From NCBI RefSeq assembly GCF_009914755.1, contig NC_060929.1: 64,000 nucleotides of DNA; one strand, written 5' to 3'. The notes below the pieces were generated by a model, which had not been told where the DNA came from, ran no database searches, and worked only from the letters and a program-made list of their open reading frames with translations. Shown piece by piece: positions 48,201 through 61,339 of the stretch; within the stretch, counting starts at the first letter, position 1; the number at the start of each line of letters is the position of its first letter. Made by a program: the position numbers and the translations under genes. The DNA comes from the human T2T-CHM13v2.0 reference genome, Homo sapiens.

Positions 48201-51200
48201 ATTCTTAATTTTTAAATGTCTTTATTGTGGTAAAATGTACATAACATAAAATTTACCATTTAAATATTTTTAAGTGTACAGTTCAGTGGCATTAACCACA
48301 CTGTCGTACAAACATTACCACTATCCATTTCCTGAACTTTTCTTTATTTTACCAGACTGAACCTCTGTACTTATTAAACAGTAAAATCCCAATTCCCCAT
48401 TCCCACCAAGTCCCTGGTGCCGCTATTCTAATCTCTGTATGATTTTGATTACTTTAGGTAAATCATATAAGTGGAATCATGTCATATTTTTCTATTTGTG
48501 ACTGGCCTATTTCGATTAGCATAATGTCTTCAAGGTTCATTTATGTTTTAGCAACTGTTAGAATTTCCCATTGTGTGTACGTGTATACACACACACACAC
48601 ATCCACACACCACATTTTGTTTATCCATTCGTCTATTGATGGACATGTAGGTTGCTTCCATCTTTTGGCTATTGTAAATAATGTTGCTATAAATATAGAT
48701 GTACAAAAATCTATTCAAGTCACTGTTTTCAGTTCTTTTGGGTATATATCCAGACATAGAATTACCGGATCACTTGGTAATTTATTTCCATTTTTATGAG
48801 GAAATACCATGCTATTTTCCATAGTGCCTATACCATTTTACCTTCTCCAACAACAATGAATAAGTTTTACAATTCCTTTACATCCTTGTCCACATAAGAC
48901 TTTATGTATTTTTTTAATATTGTTAGTGTGTGTGAAGTAATATCTTATGGTAGTTTCACAATTCACATTTTGCTAATGATTAGAGATACTGAGCATCTTT
49001 TCCTGTGTTTATTGGCCATTTGTATATCTTCTTTGGAGAAGTGTCTATTCAATTCCTGTGCCCATGTTTTAATCAGTTTGTTTTGTTGTTGTTGAGTTGT
49101 AGGAGTTCTTTATATATTCTGGATAGTAACCCCTTATCAGATATATAATTTGCAAATATTTTCACATTCCATGGTTACTTTTTCACTTTCTTCATAGTTT
49201 TCTTTGTTGCACAAAAGTTTTAAAATTTGATGTATTCCAATTTATTTATTTTTCTTTTGTCACGTGTGTTTTTGGTGTCATATCCAAGAAATTGCTGCCA
49301 AGTCCAATGTCATGAAGCTTTTCTCTTTGATTCCTAAGAGTATGATAGTTTTACCTCCTACATTTAAGTCTGTGATCCATTTTGAGTTAACTTTTGTAAA
49401 TGGGGTAAGGTGAGGGTCCCATTTTATTATTTTACAAGTGAATATCCACTCTTCCTAGACCTATTTGTTAAAAAGATTCACCTTTCCCCCATTGAATGGT
49501 CTTGTACCCTTGTCAAAAATTATTTGACCATATATAAAGGATTTATTTCTAAGCTCTCTAATTTATTTTATTGGTCAGCATATCTGTTCTTATGTCAATA
49601 CCATACTGTTTTGCTTACTCTAGTTTTGCAGTAAGTTTTGAAATCAGGAAGTGGGAAACCTTTTTTCAAGACTGTTTTGGCTATGCAAGGTCCGTTGAGA
49701 TTCTACATATATTATAAGTATCAATTCTTAATGCAAAAAAAATGTTATTAGGGTTTTAGTAGGAATTGCATTAAATCTGTAGATAGTGTTGAGTAGTATT
49801 GGCATCTTAAAAATATTGTTTTCCAATTATAAACAAAGATTTTTATTTGTTTCTTCAATATACGTCAGCAACATCTTGTAGTTTTCAGTGTATGAGTCTT
49901 TTGACCCCTTGGTTAGGTTTATTCCTAAATATTCTAATTTTTAATGCTTTTGTAAATGAAATTGTTATCTTAATTGCCTTCTTAGAGTATTCTTGTTTCC
50001 TGTTGAGAAATTCACTGTTAGTATATAGAAATGCACTGATTTTTGTTTATTAATTTTATCTTTTGTATTTTGTATGTTGAAGTTGTATTTGTGCAACTTG
50101 GCTAAATTTTTTATTAGTTCCAAAAGATGTTTTTCAAAATCTGTAGTATTTTCTACTTATAAGATTATGTTGTTTATGAACAGAGATAATTTTCCCTTTC
50201 CTTTACAATTTGGGTGTCTTGTATTTGTTTTTCTTTCTTAATTGCTCTAAGATTTCCGGTACTATGTTGAATAAAAGTGTTAAAAGTGGGAATCCTTTTG
50301 TTGTTCCAGATATTCGAGGAAACACTTTCACTCTTTTGGCAGAGTATGTTGTTCCCTGTGGACCTTGCATAGATGGCATTTATTATATTGAAGTAGTTTC
50401 CTTGTATTCCTAGCTTGTTGAATGTTTTTTATCATGAAAGGGTGTTGAATCTTGTTGAATGTTTTTCTGCAACATTGGAGATGATTATATGGATTTTTTC
50501 CCTTCATTCTGTTAATCTGGTGTAGTACATTTGTTGATTTTTGTATGGTGATTCATTCTTATATTCCAGGAATAAATCTAATTTGGTCATAACGTATAAT
50601 CCTTTTAATATGCAGTTAAACTTGGTTGACTAGTGTTTACCTGAGGATGTTCACCTCACTATCATTAGTAATATTGTTTTGGAGGGTTTTTGTTTCTGAT
50701 AACTAGTTTGTCTGGACTCGATATGATGGTAATGCTGGCCTCACTATCTAAGTTGGGAAATGTTCCCTTCTCTTTAGTTTTTTAGAAGAATTTGAGAAGA
50801 ATTGTTGTTAATTCTTCTTTACATTGTAGAATTCACCAGTGAATCTATCTGGTCCTGAGCTTTTCTTTGTCAGGAAGCATTTTATTACTGATTCAATGTC
50901 TATACCAGTTTTCAGTCTATTCGTATTTTTTATAGCTTCGTGATTCAGTCTTTATAAGTTGTATTTCTAGGAAATTGTCCATTCTATTTAGGTTATCCAA
51001 TTTGTTGGCATGCAATTTTTCAAAGTATTTAAAATCTTTTTTATAATTTCCATAGAATTAGTAGTAATGCCCCCCCCCCCCTTTCATTTCTGATTTTATT
51101 TTTTTCTTTTTTCTTAGTTCATGTAGCTTAGGTCTTGTCAATTTTGTTGCTCTTTCAAAGAACCAACACTTGATTTTGCTAATTTTCTTCACTGATATTC

Positions 51201-51329
51201 TATTTTATTTATCTCTGCTGTCATCTTTATTATTTCCTTTCTTCTGCTAGCTTTGGGTTTAATTTGCTTTGCTTTTTCTAGTTCTTTAAGACATAAAGGT
51301 AGGTTGTTAATTTGAAATATTTTATTTTA

Positions 51330-51429
51330 TTTATTTATTTATTTATTTTTTGAGCAGCAGCAAGATTTATTGCAAAGAGTGAAAGAACAAAGCTTCCACA
51401 GTGTGGAAGGGGACCCGAGCGGATTGACC
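51330..51429 (-). mobile_element. Polyadenylated LTR12/ERV9 fragment (processed retrocopy)
   Basis: gagcagcagcaagatttattgcaaagagtgaaagaacaaagcttccacagtgtggaaggggacccgagcgg, with a T-rich tail and TSD. Confidence 0.9.
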
Positions 51430-51785
51430 TGAAGTATTTATTTTAATTTAAGTATTTACAACTATAAATTGTCCCTCTCAGCACTGCTTTTTCTATTTCC
51501 ATAAGTTTTTTATGCCATGTGTTCATTTTTATTGTCTCAAGGCTTTTTCTAATTTCTTTTCTGATTTCTTCTTTGGCCCATTGGTTGTTTAAGTCTGTTT
51601 AATTTCCACCTACTTGTGGACTTTCTAGCTATACTTCTGTTGTCAATTTCTAGTTCTATTGTATTGTGATTGTAAAAGATACTTAGTATAATTTCAGTCT
51701 TTTCACATGTATTAAGACTGGTTGTGTAGCTTAGCATATGGTCTACCCCAGAGGACATGCCACGTGCACTTAAGAAAAATATACA

Positions 51786-53424
51786 CAGACATACCTCATT
51801 TTCATATATTTCACTTTGTTGGGCTTTGCAAATACAGTGTTTTTTGCAAATGGAAAGTTTATGGCAATCCTATGTGGAGCAAAACTGTTGGTGCCATTTT
51901 TCCAACAGCATGTGCTTGCTTCATGTCTCTATGTCAAATTTTGGTAATTCTCACAGTATTTCATACTTTTTCATTATCATGATATGTGTTATGCTGATCT
52001 GTGATAGTGATCTTTATTGTCACTATTGTAATTGTTTTGGGGTGCCACAAAGCATGCCCATATAAGATGGCAAACTTAAATGTTATGTGTATTCTGACTG
52101 CTCTGTTGACTAGCTGTCCTCATGTCTCTCTCCCTCTCCTTCAACCTCTCTATTCCCTGAGATACAATAATATTAAGACAATTAATAACGTTATGACAGT
52201 CTCTAAGCATTCAAGTAAGGAAAGAGTCATGGGACTGTCACTTTAAATAAAAAGCTAGAAATAATTGAGCTTAGTGAGGAAGGCATGCTGAAAGCTGAGA
52301 TAGGCTAAAAGCTAGGCCTCTTGTCCCAAACAGCCAAATTGTGAATGTAAAGAAAAAGTTCTTGAAGAAAATTATAAGTGCTGCTCTAGTGAGTGCACAA
52401 ATGATAAGAAAGCAAAACAGCCTTATTGCTGATATGGAGAGTTTTAGTGATCTGGATAGAAGATCAAACCAGCCACAACATTCCCTTAAACCAAAGCCTA
52501 ATCCAGAGAAAGGCCCTAACTCTCTTTAATTCTGTAAAGACTGATGGAGGGGAGGAAGTGGCAGAAAAAAAATTAAAGCTAGCAGACGTTGGTTCATGAG
52601 GTTTAAGAAAAGAAATTGTTACCATAACATAAAAGTGCAAGGTGAAGCAGCACATGCTGATGTAGAAGCTGCAGCAAGTAATCCAGAAGATCTAGTTAAG
52701 ATCATTGATGAAGATGGCTTCACTGAATAACAGATTTTCAGTGAAGATGAAAACAGCCTTCTATTGGAAGAAGATACCATATAGGACTTTAATAGCTAGA
52801 GAGAGAAAGTCAATACCTGGGTTCAAAGCTTCCAAAAACAAGATGACTCTTTTATTAGGGGCTAATGCAGCCAGCGACTTTAAAGCTGAAGCCAAGTCTC
52901 ATTTTGCATTCTGAAAATCCTAGGGCCCTTAAGAATCATGCTAAATGTATTCTGCCTGTGCTCTGTGAATGAAACAACAAAGCCTGGGTGACAGTACATC
53001 TATTTACAGCATGGTTTACTGAATATTTTAAGTCCACTGCTGAAACCTGCTCAGAAAAAGAAAAAAAAAAGTTTCTTTCAAAATATTACTGCTCATTGAC
53101 AATACACTTAGTCACCCAAGAGCTCTGATAAAGATGAATAAGGAGAGCCGGGCATAGTGGCTCATGCCTATAATCCCAGCACTTTGGGAGGCTGAGTCGG
53201 GCAGATCACGAGGTCAGGAGTTCGAGAACAGCCTGGCCAATATGGTGAAACCCCGTCTCTACTAAAAAAATTAAAAAACTAGCCAGGTGTGGTGGTGCAT
53301 GCCTGTGCATGCTACTTGGGAGGCTGAGGCAGGAGAATCGCTTGAACCAGGAGAATCGGAGGTTGCAGTGAGCCAAGATTGCGCCACTGCACTCCAGCCT
53401 GGGCAACAGAGTGAGACTTCATCT

Positions 53425-53466
<42 letters not shown>

Positions 53467-54470
53467 TGAACAAAGAGATCAATATTGTTTTTATGCCTGC
53501 TAACACAGTATCTATTTTGTAGCCCATGGATCAAGGAGTAATTTTGAGTTTCAAGTTTTATCATTTAAGAACTGTAATGTGTAAGGCTATAGTTGCCATA
53601 GATAGTGATTCCTCTGATGGATATGAGCAAAGTAAATTGAAAACCTTCTGGAACGAGTTCACTATTGTAGATGCCATTAAGAACATTTGTGATTCATGGG
53701 AGAAGGTCAAAATATCAACATTAATGGGAGTTTGAAATAAATTGATTCCAATCCTCATGGATGACTTTAAGGGGTTCAAGATTTCAGTGGAGGAAGTAAC
53801 TGCAGAAGTCAGGTAGAAATTGCAAGAGAACTGGCATTAGAAGTGGCGCCTGAAAATGTGACTGAATTGCTACAATCTTAAAACTTGAACAAATGAGGAG
53901 TTGCTTCTCATGGATGATCAAAGAAAATTGGATTTTTGGATGGAATCTACTCCTGGTGAAGATATTGTGAACATTGGCAACAAAGTATTTGAATATTACA
54001 TAAACTTAGTTGATAAAGCAGTGGCAGAGTTTGAGAGGATTCACTCTAATTTTGAAAGAAGTTCTACTGTGGGTAAAATGCTATCAAATAGCATGGCACG
54101 CTACAGATAAATATTTTGTGAAAGAAAGTCCATCAATGGGGAAAGCCCTTATTTTCAGAAATTGCCACAGACATATCAACCTTCAGCAACCAACACCCTG
54201 ATCAGTCAGCAGCCATCAACAACAAGGCAAGACCCTCCACCAGGAAAAAGATTATGACTCACTGAAGGCACTTATGATCATTAATATTTTTTAGCAATAC
54301 AGCATTTTTAATTAAGTATTTACATTTTTAGACAAAATGCTGTTGCATACTTAATAAACAATGGTATAGCATAAACAACATTTATTTGCACTGAAAAACA
54401 AGAAAAAATTGTGTGACTCACTTTATTGGGGAGGTCTGGAGCCAAACCCAGTATCTCTCAGGTATTCCTA
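51786..54470 (+). mobile_element. Tigger1 DNA transposon, near full length, decayed transposase
   Basis: Terminal inverted repeats cagacatacctc / caggtattccta; peptide remnants [28 protein letters not shown]. Confidence 0.95.
53146..53464 (+). mobile_element. AluSg-like inside Tigger1
   Basis: A39 tail; TSD aaagatgaaYaaRgag at 53130-53145 and 53462-53477. Confidence 0.96.
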
Positions 54471-54952
54471 TATTCTTCTATTGTTAGACTGTTCTGTATA
54501 TGTGTTTTGGTCCAATTAACCTATAGTGTTTCATCTTATTCCCTCATTAATCTTCTAGCTGACTATACTCTCTATTATTGAAAGAGGGATATTGAAACCC
54601 TCTATTATTGTAGAACTTTCTCTTCTTCCCTCAATTCTGTCAATGTTTGATTCATATATTTAGGAGGTTACATGTTGAGTGTATATATTTTATAATTCTT
54701 ATATCCTCTTGGCAAGTTGACCCTTATGTAATATCCTTTGTATCTTTAAGAATTTTGACTTAAGGCTATTTTTGCCTGATATTAATATAGCTACCCCTGC
54801 TCTCATTTGGTTACTATTTTCATGGAATATCATTTTCCATCCTTTCACTTTCAATCTATGCATGTCTTTGCAATTAAAGTGAATCTCTTGTAGAGAGCAT
54901 GTAGTTAGATACTACCTATCAATTCATTCTATCTTTAACTTTGATTGGGAAG

Positions 54953-55362
54953 TACAATGGAATAAATTGTGCCCCCCTCCCAAAAAATGTATATGTTGAA
55001 ACCTCAACCCTGTTTGTGGAGTTATTTGGAGATGGGCCCTTTGGAGTTAATTTGGTCATGAAAGTAAATCCCTCATAAAAGGATTATTATCTTTATAAGA
55101 AGAGACACGAGATCTCTCTCTCTCTCTCTCTCCCCGCCCCCCCCACTTTGGTCTACATGCACACTGAGGAAGGGTCATGAGATGCCACAGAGAGAGAAGT
55201 TGGCACCTGCAACCTGAGGAGAGAGACTTCAATAGGAACCAAATTGGCTTGCTCCCTTGGTCTTGGACTTCCCAGCCTCCAGAACTGTGAGAAAGTTAAT
55301 TTCTGTTTAAAACTCCTAGTCCATGGTATTTTCTGTTATGGTAGCCTGAACAGACTAAGACA
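54953..55362 (+). mobile_element. MLT1A-type MaLR 5' LTR
   Basis: tatgttgaaacc...ggacttcccagcctccagaactgtgagaa...cagactaagaca. Confidence 0.9.
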
Positions 55363-56430
55363 GAGATTGATACCATGGAGTCATGTACTAAAGGATCAAA
55401 TACTTTAAAATGTGGAAACAGCTTTAAAACTTTGTAATGAGGAGAGGCTGGAAGTGTTTCAAGGAGCATGCTAGAAAATGCTGATATTGTCATGAAGGAA
55501 TTTTTTTTTAACTCTTAGTTTCAGGATACATGTGCAGGTTGGTTCTATAGATAAATTGTGTGTCACAGGAGTTTGGTGTACATATTATTTCATCACCCGG
55601 GTAATAAGCATAATACTGATTAGGTAGTTCTTGGATCCTCACTCTCCTCCCACCCCCTATCCTCAAGAAGGCCCCGATACATATTGTTCCCTTCTTTGTG
55701 TCCATATGTGTTCAGTGTTTAACTCCTGCTATAAGTGAGAACATGGTGGTGTTCAATTTTCTGTTCCTGCATTAGTTCGCTTAGGATAATGGCCTCCAGT
55801 CCAACTATGTTGCTGCAAAGGATGTGATCTTGTTCTTTTTATGGCTACATAATATTCCATGGTGTCTGTGTACAACATTTTGTTTATCCAGTCTACTGCT
55901 GATGGGAATTTAGGGTGATTCCATGTGTTTGCTATTCTGAATAATGCTGCGATGAACATATGCATGCATGTCTCTTTATAGCAGAATCATGTATATTCCT
56001 TTGGGTAGATACCCAATAACAGGATTCTGGGTCAAATGATAGTTCTGTTTTAAGTTCTTTGAGAAATCACCAAACTACTTTCCACAGTGGCTGAACTAAT
56101 TTACATTCCCACCAGCAGTGTATAAGAATTCTCTTTTCTCTGCAACTTCTCCAGCATCTGTTATTTTTTGACTTTTTATTAGTAGTCACCATAAAGGGAT
56201 TTTAAAAAGTGATTCTGGGAGAGCTCAGAAAAAAAAGTAGAGAGCTAGAGAAAAAGCCTCTATCTTCTTAGAGAATACGTAAATAATCATGAGAAGAATG
56301 TTGATAGATACATGGATGGTAAAGGTCATTCTGATAAGTTTTCAGATGAAAATTAGGGACATATTATGGGAAATTGGAGAAAAGGCCATCCTTGTTATAA
56401 AGTGGCAAAGAACCTGGCTGAATTGTGTAA
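55363..56430 (+). mobile_element. MaLR internal sequence (MLT1A-int-like), split by L1
   Basis: Follows the LTR directly; aaaatgtggaaacagcttt and ggaaattggagaaaaggccatccttgttataaagtggcaaagaac. Confidence 0.85.
55501..56189 (-). mobile_element. L1PA15/16-like 3' fragment
   Basis: Antisense L1 3' end; TSD catRaaggRatttt. Confidence 0.9.
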
Positions 56431-57789
56431 GTGTTGAAAGCACAAGAAAGAGGGATAAATGAAAAGAATAAGGCAAGAAACTTGGATTTTAAGCACTAAT
56501 TATCTAAGTCCCATTTTTTTTTTAGGATGGAAGGCTTTGATCAGGAGCCTATATTAAAAGTGGGAATTGACCAACTATAATTGAAATTGGAAAAATAATC
56601 ATTGCAAGGAAATACATCAGTCACCAACTCCCTTACACAAATAGAGATGACAACTTACTCAATGGAGATTTTTTTAATGCCTTTTCAAATGTAAAACCTT
56701 GATTTTTAAGTTAAATTTCAATTTCTGATAAAAATCAGCCTTACACAAACTATATTAGAGATAGAGGATATGATGTTTACATTAAGGCATCTTTTAAAAT
56801 GAGACATAGGCTACATTCTCTAATGTCATGGTGGTTTGTAACTGGAGTACCTTCGAAGTCATCTATTAAAACAAGCTACGGTATGTTTCTTGGGTAATAA
56901 CTATTTTATTTATTGGTATAATAATTATTATTCAGCTACGTTAAATTCTGTTCAATATATTGCATATTATAAAATTCTGAAAGTAATAGTAATTAGTATT
57001 CAGAGGATGTTAAAGCAAGTTAACCCACATTGGTATTACAGTAAGTAACTTGATTAGATGGCACGCTACCTATTACCTTAATTATACTGCTATTGATGTA
57101 CTGCCAAAATTTCCCCTCTTTTATCAATTGAAGTACCTATACCACAATTACTCTATACAATACCTAAAACCGGTATCTTTCCTCAGTGGTACAATGCCTC
57201 TTGACAGTGTGATAACATGCCTCTGTGAGTTCTGGCAATCTGCCATAAAGCACTGCCATTTGCAAAAGGAAAAATCTTGTCTCTCGGTGTGTCTATGTAT
57301 ATCTTTATGCTCAAAAGCAGATAATCATTTACATATGCTTATGCCAACCTGAAATACTCACAGGCTGTTTTGAGGTTTCAGCCCGTATTTAAAAAAAAGA
57401 AAAGCTGATCAACGTGGAGGGGAAAAATACTTCAAAACACCATGTTTCTTGAAGTATTTCCTAAAATGAACCTGGTTTCTCTTGAAAATTATACCCCTTC
57501 CAGGCTTGACAGAAAATGTTATTTGACACACGACCAGTTAATGCCTATCCCATCACATAAACTTGTATTTTCCCAAATTGATTTGTGCATATGAATTACA
57601 ACATACAGAGTGGTAGTAATAATAAGTTTCCAAATGTGTGCTGGAAAGAGATGGGGAGGTCGGAAGAGCGAGATGGCAATTTAAAATAAGTCATAGAAAT
57701 AGAACTGGAAAACTTCGCTTTGAAACCTAGATTCCACTGTTGCTAATGCTCTACAGGGAACCTATTCTGGCAAAGTGTACAAAAATTAA

Positions 57790-58030
57790 TTTCTCAATTT
57801 TTACTTTTATTTTTTCATTATGAAAATGTTCAAACATGAATAAAATTAGAGAGACTACGTAATCAACTCCATAACATATCATCTGAATGTAACTGCTGTG
57901 GAAATTTTTCCATATTTACTTCAACACTTTTTGTTCTAACATAATCTCAAGTAAATCCCATGTTATAATGAAACATCACCCCTAAACACTCCAATATATG
58001 TCTTTAAATGTCAGAAAATGTTTGTATATA
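57790..58030 (-). mobile_element. Old L1ME-like 3' end fragment
   Basis: ttattatgaaaatgttcaaacat-like start; aagtaaatccca..catcacccctaaacactcc. Confidence 0.6.
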
Positions 58031-58341
58031 TCAGTGAGTTTTGATTTTCGTACTCCAAACTTACTTTTGGTTCTTTTTTTTAAAAAACCTCTTCAGTGCA
58101 TTTGACTGCAACTATTTTTTCCTTAAAGCTCTCTTGCCTGTCTCTATTTTCTAATTATTTTCCCTCCTTCCTCCTGGCCACTCTTTTTTGGTCTCATTCG
58201 TATGTTCTTCTCCCCTGATCCCTGCTCCTGGACACACATTTTAATTATGTGATAAACCTGAGTTTCCTCCTTCAACATCCATCTTACAGCAGGGCTTAGT
58301 ATAAGAACTATTTGCAGAGCAATAAGAACTTAAAAATTGAC

Positions 58342-58372
<31 letters not shown>

Positions 58373-58419
58373 GAGTCATCTCCTTCCCTCAATGTAGAAC
58401 CAAGCAAGTACAAAAATCC

Positions 58420-59430
58420 TTCCACAAAAATCCTTGTGCTATACATTCTCCCTATTTGTGTATATTGTTTCATCTATATTCTAGTATCTCCATAATGCTA
58501 ACCTCCAGATCATAACGTTCCTCTGGGCTTTGGGTCCAAAAAATTCAACTACCTTTTAGGCACTTAAAACATGGACTTAAATATGACCTATGAATGTCCA
58601 ATTCAATTAAGCATTCCACATCTGTTGTTTTTCATCCTGTTCACCAAAACTGCTCAACTCTGTTCCCCATCTCAGGGAAAGGCACCATCATGAGAAGTAT
58701 TGCCCAAGCCAGAGATGAGGATTCATATGCTACTCTTTCATATTCCACATACTTTTTAACCAGTACAGAACCAATGCCTCCTTCTAAATGCACCTCCAGT
58801 CCACGTACTACTTCAGATAACACTGCAGCTACCTCTTTCCAGAACTGCATCTCTTACCTACCTCTAAGTTGATGTTCCTGCTGCCAGCATGCCCATCAAT
58901 ACACCTTCTTCTTGCCAGAGTGATCCTGTTAAAAAATTCAATATGTCCACATGCCTCCCATTTTCAAGCCTTCTTTGGTTCTCCAGAAACTTCCAAGCAA
59001 AGTTTATGCACATGTTGTATCCTCTTCCTTATCTCTCACTACTCCCCAAACCTCCTTGACTACCTTCAAAACTTCAGGGCTTTCAGGCCCCTCAACTTAT
59101 TGCTCCCACTGTTTGGAATGTCCCTTTCATTCCCTCCTTGTGCTTTACTTCAGCATTCAATTCTGCTGACACCCCCTTTTGGAAACACCCAGGTTCCCCC
59201 GGGTCTGTATTTTGTGTCCGCCTTCTGTGTTCCCTTGGGACTTTGCACAGACCTCTGCCTGACCTCCTATCACACTGCACTTCAGTTTTTGCTTTACCTT
59301 GACTATCTTCTATAATCTAGAGCAGTTTCCTTGAGGGTAAGAACCATGACTTATTCATATCTCTTTCCCTATATGGAGTAGAGGGCAGGAACATTGTAAG
59401 CATTCAGTGAGTGAATAAGTAAGTGAATGA
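58420..59430 (+). mobile_element. Decayed L2 LINE
   Basis: Pyrimidine-rich L2-like sequence ending gtgagtgaataagtaagtgaatga. Confidence 0.7.
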
Positions 59431-60158
59431 TCAGGATCACAGGAAATGCTACACAAATTCACGCTACCTGTTACTTTATCTCATTTTTAATTTAGTGTAA
59501 ACAGACAATAGTAAAAAGGGAAAAATCATTCCCAGCCTAAAAAGTAAGAGTTTTGGAAATGATTGTCTATATATGTAAGGTTTTAAAAAATCACTTTTTT
59601 TCAATTATTAATCTAAACCTGAAAAATCTGAAAACAAAAAAAGACTACAAATTACAAAGTACCATCAACCAGAGGTAATAACTGCTGAAATATATAGACA
59701 AATATAATATGTGGATTAATTTATTTCTCCAAAGTTTTTCACACTTTCCTGTATCATTAAATATTCTTCAAAAATGTGATATTTAATAGTGGTACAGCAA
59801 TCAATTAAACATACAACTGTACATATAATAATATGTAAAACATATACTGTATAAAACAACATGATTGAATAATATATAATTTAATAGTGTATTATGTTTG
59901 ATATTGTGTAATTAATATACAGGGCACAATAAAATTTAAAAATTATATATTCCTGTCATTTTTCTCTCAATATAAAACTACTTTTCTTCCACTAAATGCA
60001 ACTAGAAGTTGTTCAGAAAATCATTGTCATCTTTACTTTCTGAAGCTTATTTATAAATCCTATAAAACAAAAAAAAATTTTAATAGGAGGAAGAAAAAAT
60101 TATTCAAGAAAAACAGATGATAGCTCTGTTACTCTGAAAAAATTAACCTAAATCAACC

Positions 60159-60607
60159 TGCAGTGGTTTGCTTGTGGCTCCCAAAAGATATGACCACTTG
60201 GAATCTGAGAATGTGCCCTTATTTAGATTAGGGCTTTGTAGATGTAATTAAATCTCAATAGAAGCCCGTCCTGGAATTAAGGTGGACACTAAATCCAGGG
60301 GCTGGTATCCTTATAAGAGAAAGGCAGAGAGAGCTTTGAACCGGAGACACAGAGGGGAGAAGGCTGTGTGAAGACAGAGACGGAGGCTGCACTTAATGCT
60401 GCCACAAGCCAAGAAATGACAGGAATCAACAGAAGCTGGATGAGACAAGGAATAATTTTCCTCTAGAGACTTCAGCAAGACAGCGGTCCTGCCAACACCT
60501 TGAATTCTGATTTCTAGCCTACAGACACATGAGAGAATAGATTTCTGTTGTTTTAAGCCACCCAGTTTGTGATAATTTGTTACAGCAGCCTTAGGAAACT
60601 AAAGATA
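60159..60607 (+). mobile_element. MLT1C-like MaLR solo LTR
   Basis: cccaaaagatatgacca...ctgccaacaccttga...ttttaagccacccagtttgtg...ggaaactaa. Confidence 0.92.
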
Positions 60608-61339
60608 GCTGAAAGTACTAAAAAAATGCTGCACCTCAAATATTCTCAATGTGTACATTACACCTGACTTCTAAAATCATGACAGCATCCGAAACAAGAA
60701 AAGAATAGAAATTGCATACACTGCCTAAAAAAATGTATTTAAAGCATCTGGCTAGAAATTCAGAATAATTTAGTAAAGTTGATGTGCATTTAACAATGAA
60801 ATTATTTATTTTGACATTGTATTGTGACTTTTTTTTCCTTGACAAAAAATGTAGTAGAACGTCTTGATGGGGTTGGGGGGAAGGAGGAGAAATATTATTT
60901 CCCTATGTGCAATCGTTGTTGTTGTTGTTTTTTCCCCAGATAAAATAATCGCAAACCAAACTCACATGTGATTATTCAAATGGTAAACACCGGTGAGAAA
61001 GAGGTGCCAGGCTGAGGAAAAAGCTATTGAGGTAAATTGCTTGTGCTACTGAAGACAGTGAAAGCTCCTCAGAATACTTCGTGTGCCAGAGATGAGACTT
61101 AAAAATGAAATACACCTTTAAGCATAACTTAAAATAAATAGTTTGTGTTCTTGCTGAAGGACTCTGGAGGAATATTACTGTAACAAATTGCTATATTTAA
61201 TTCTTGGACAGCAGCCAGGTATAGGTCAGACATGAAATTTTTCTATTAAAATAACCACTAGCAAGGGAAAAACAGACCCTCATGCCTAGAGACACACATA
61301 CACACATCTCATACTGTATGTAACCCAATGGTCATAACT

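Larger units (their letters stand above)
48216..54950 (-). mobile_element. L1MB-like element (about 4 kb), interrupted by an LTR12 retrocopy and Tigger1
   Basis: ataacataaaatttaccatt..ttttaagtgtacagttcagtggcattaa 3' end; antisense ORF2 resumes at 54471. Confidence 0.9.

Noticed and set aside
52200-54110. Domesticated Tigger transposase gene (TIGD1-like)
   Set aside because: The frame has many stops and frameshifts and an Alu insertion.
58869-59315. 148-aa plus-strand ORF
   Set aside because: It lies in pyrimidine-rich decayed L2 sequence with Leu/Pro/Ser bias and no recognisable domain.
60920-60995. Plus-strand acceptor ttttccccAG at 60939 with nearby donors
   Set aside because: All frames close, the donors are moderate, and such sites are expected by chance in 64 kb.
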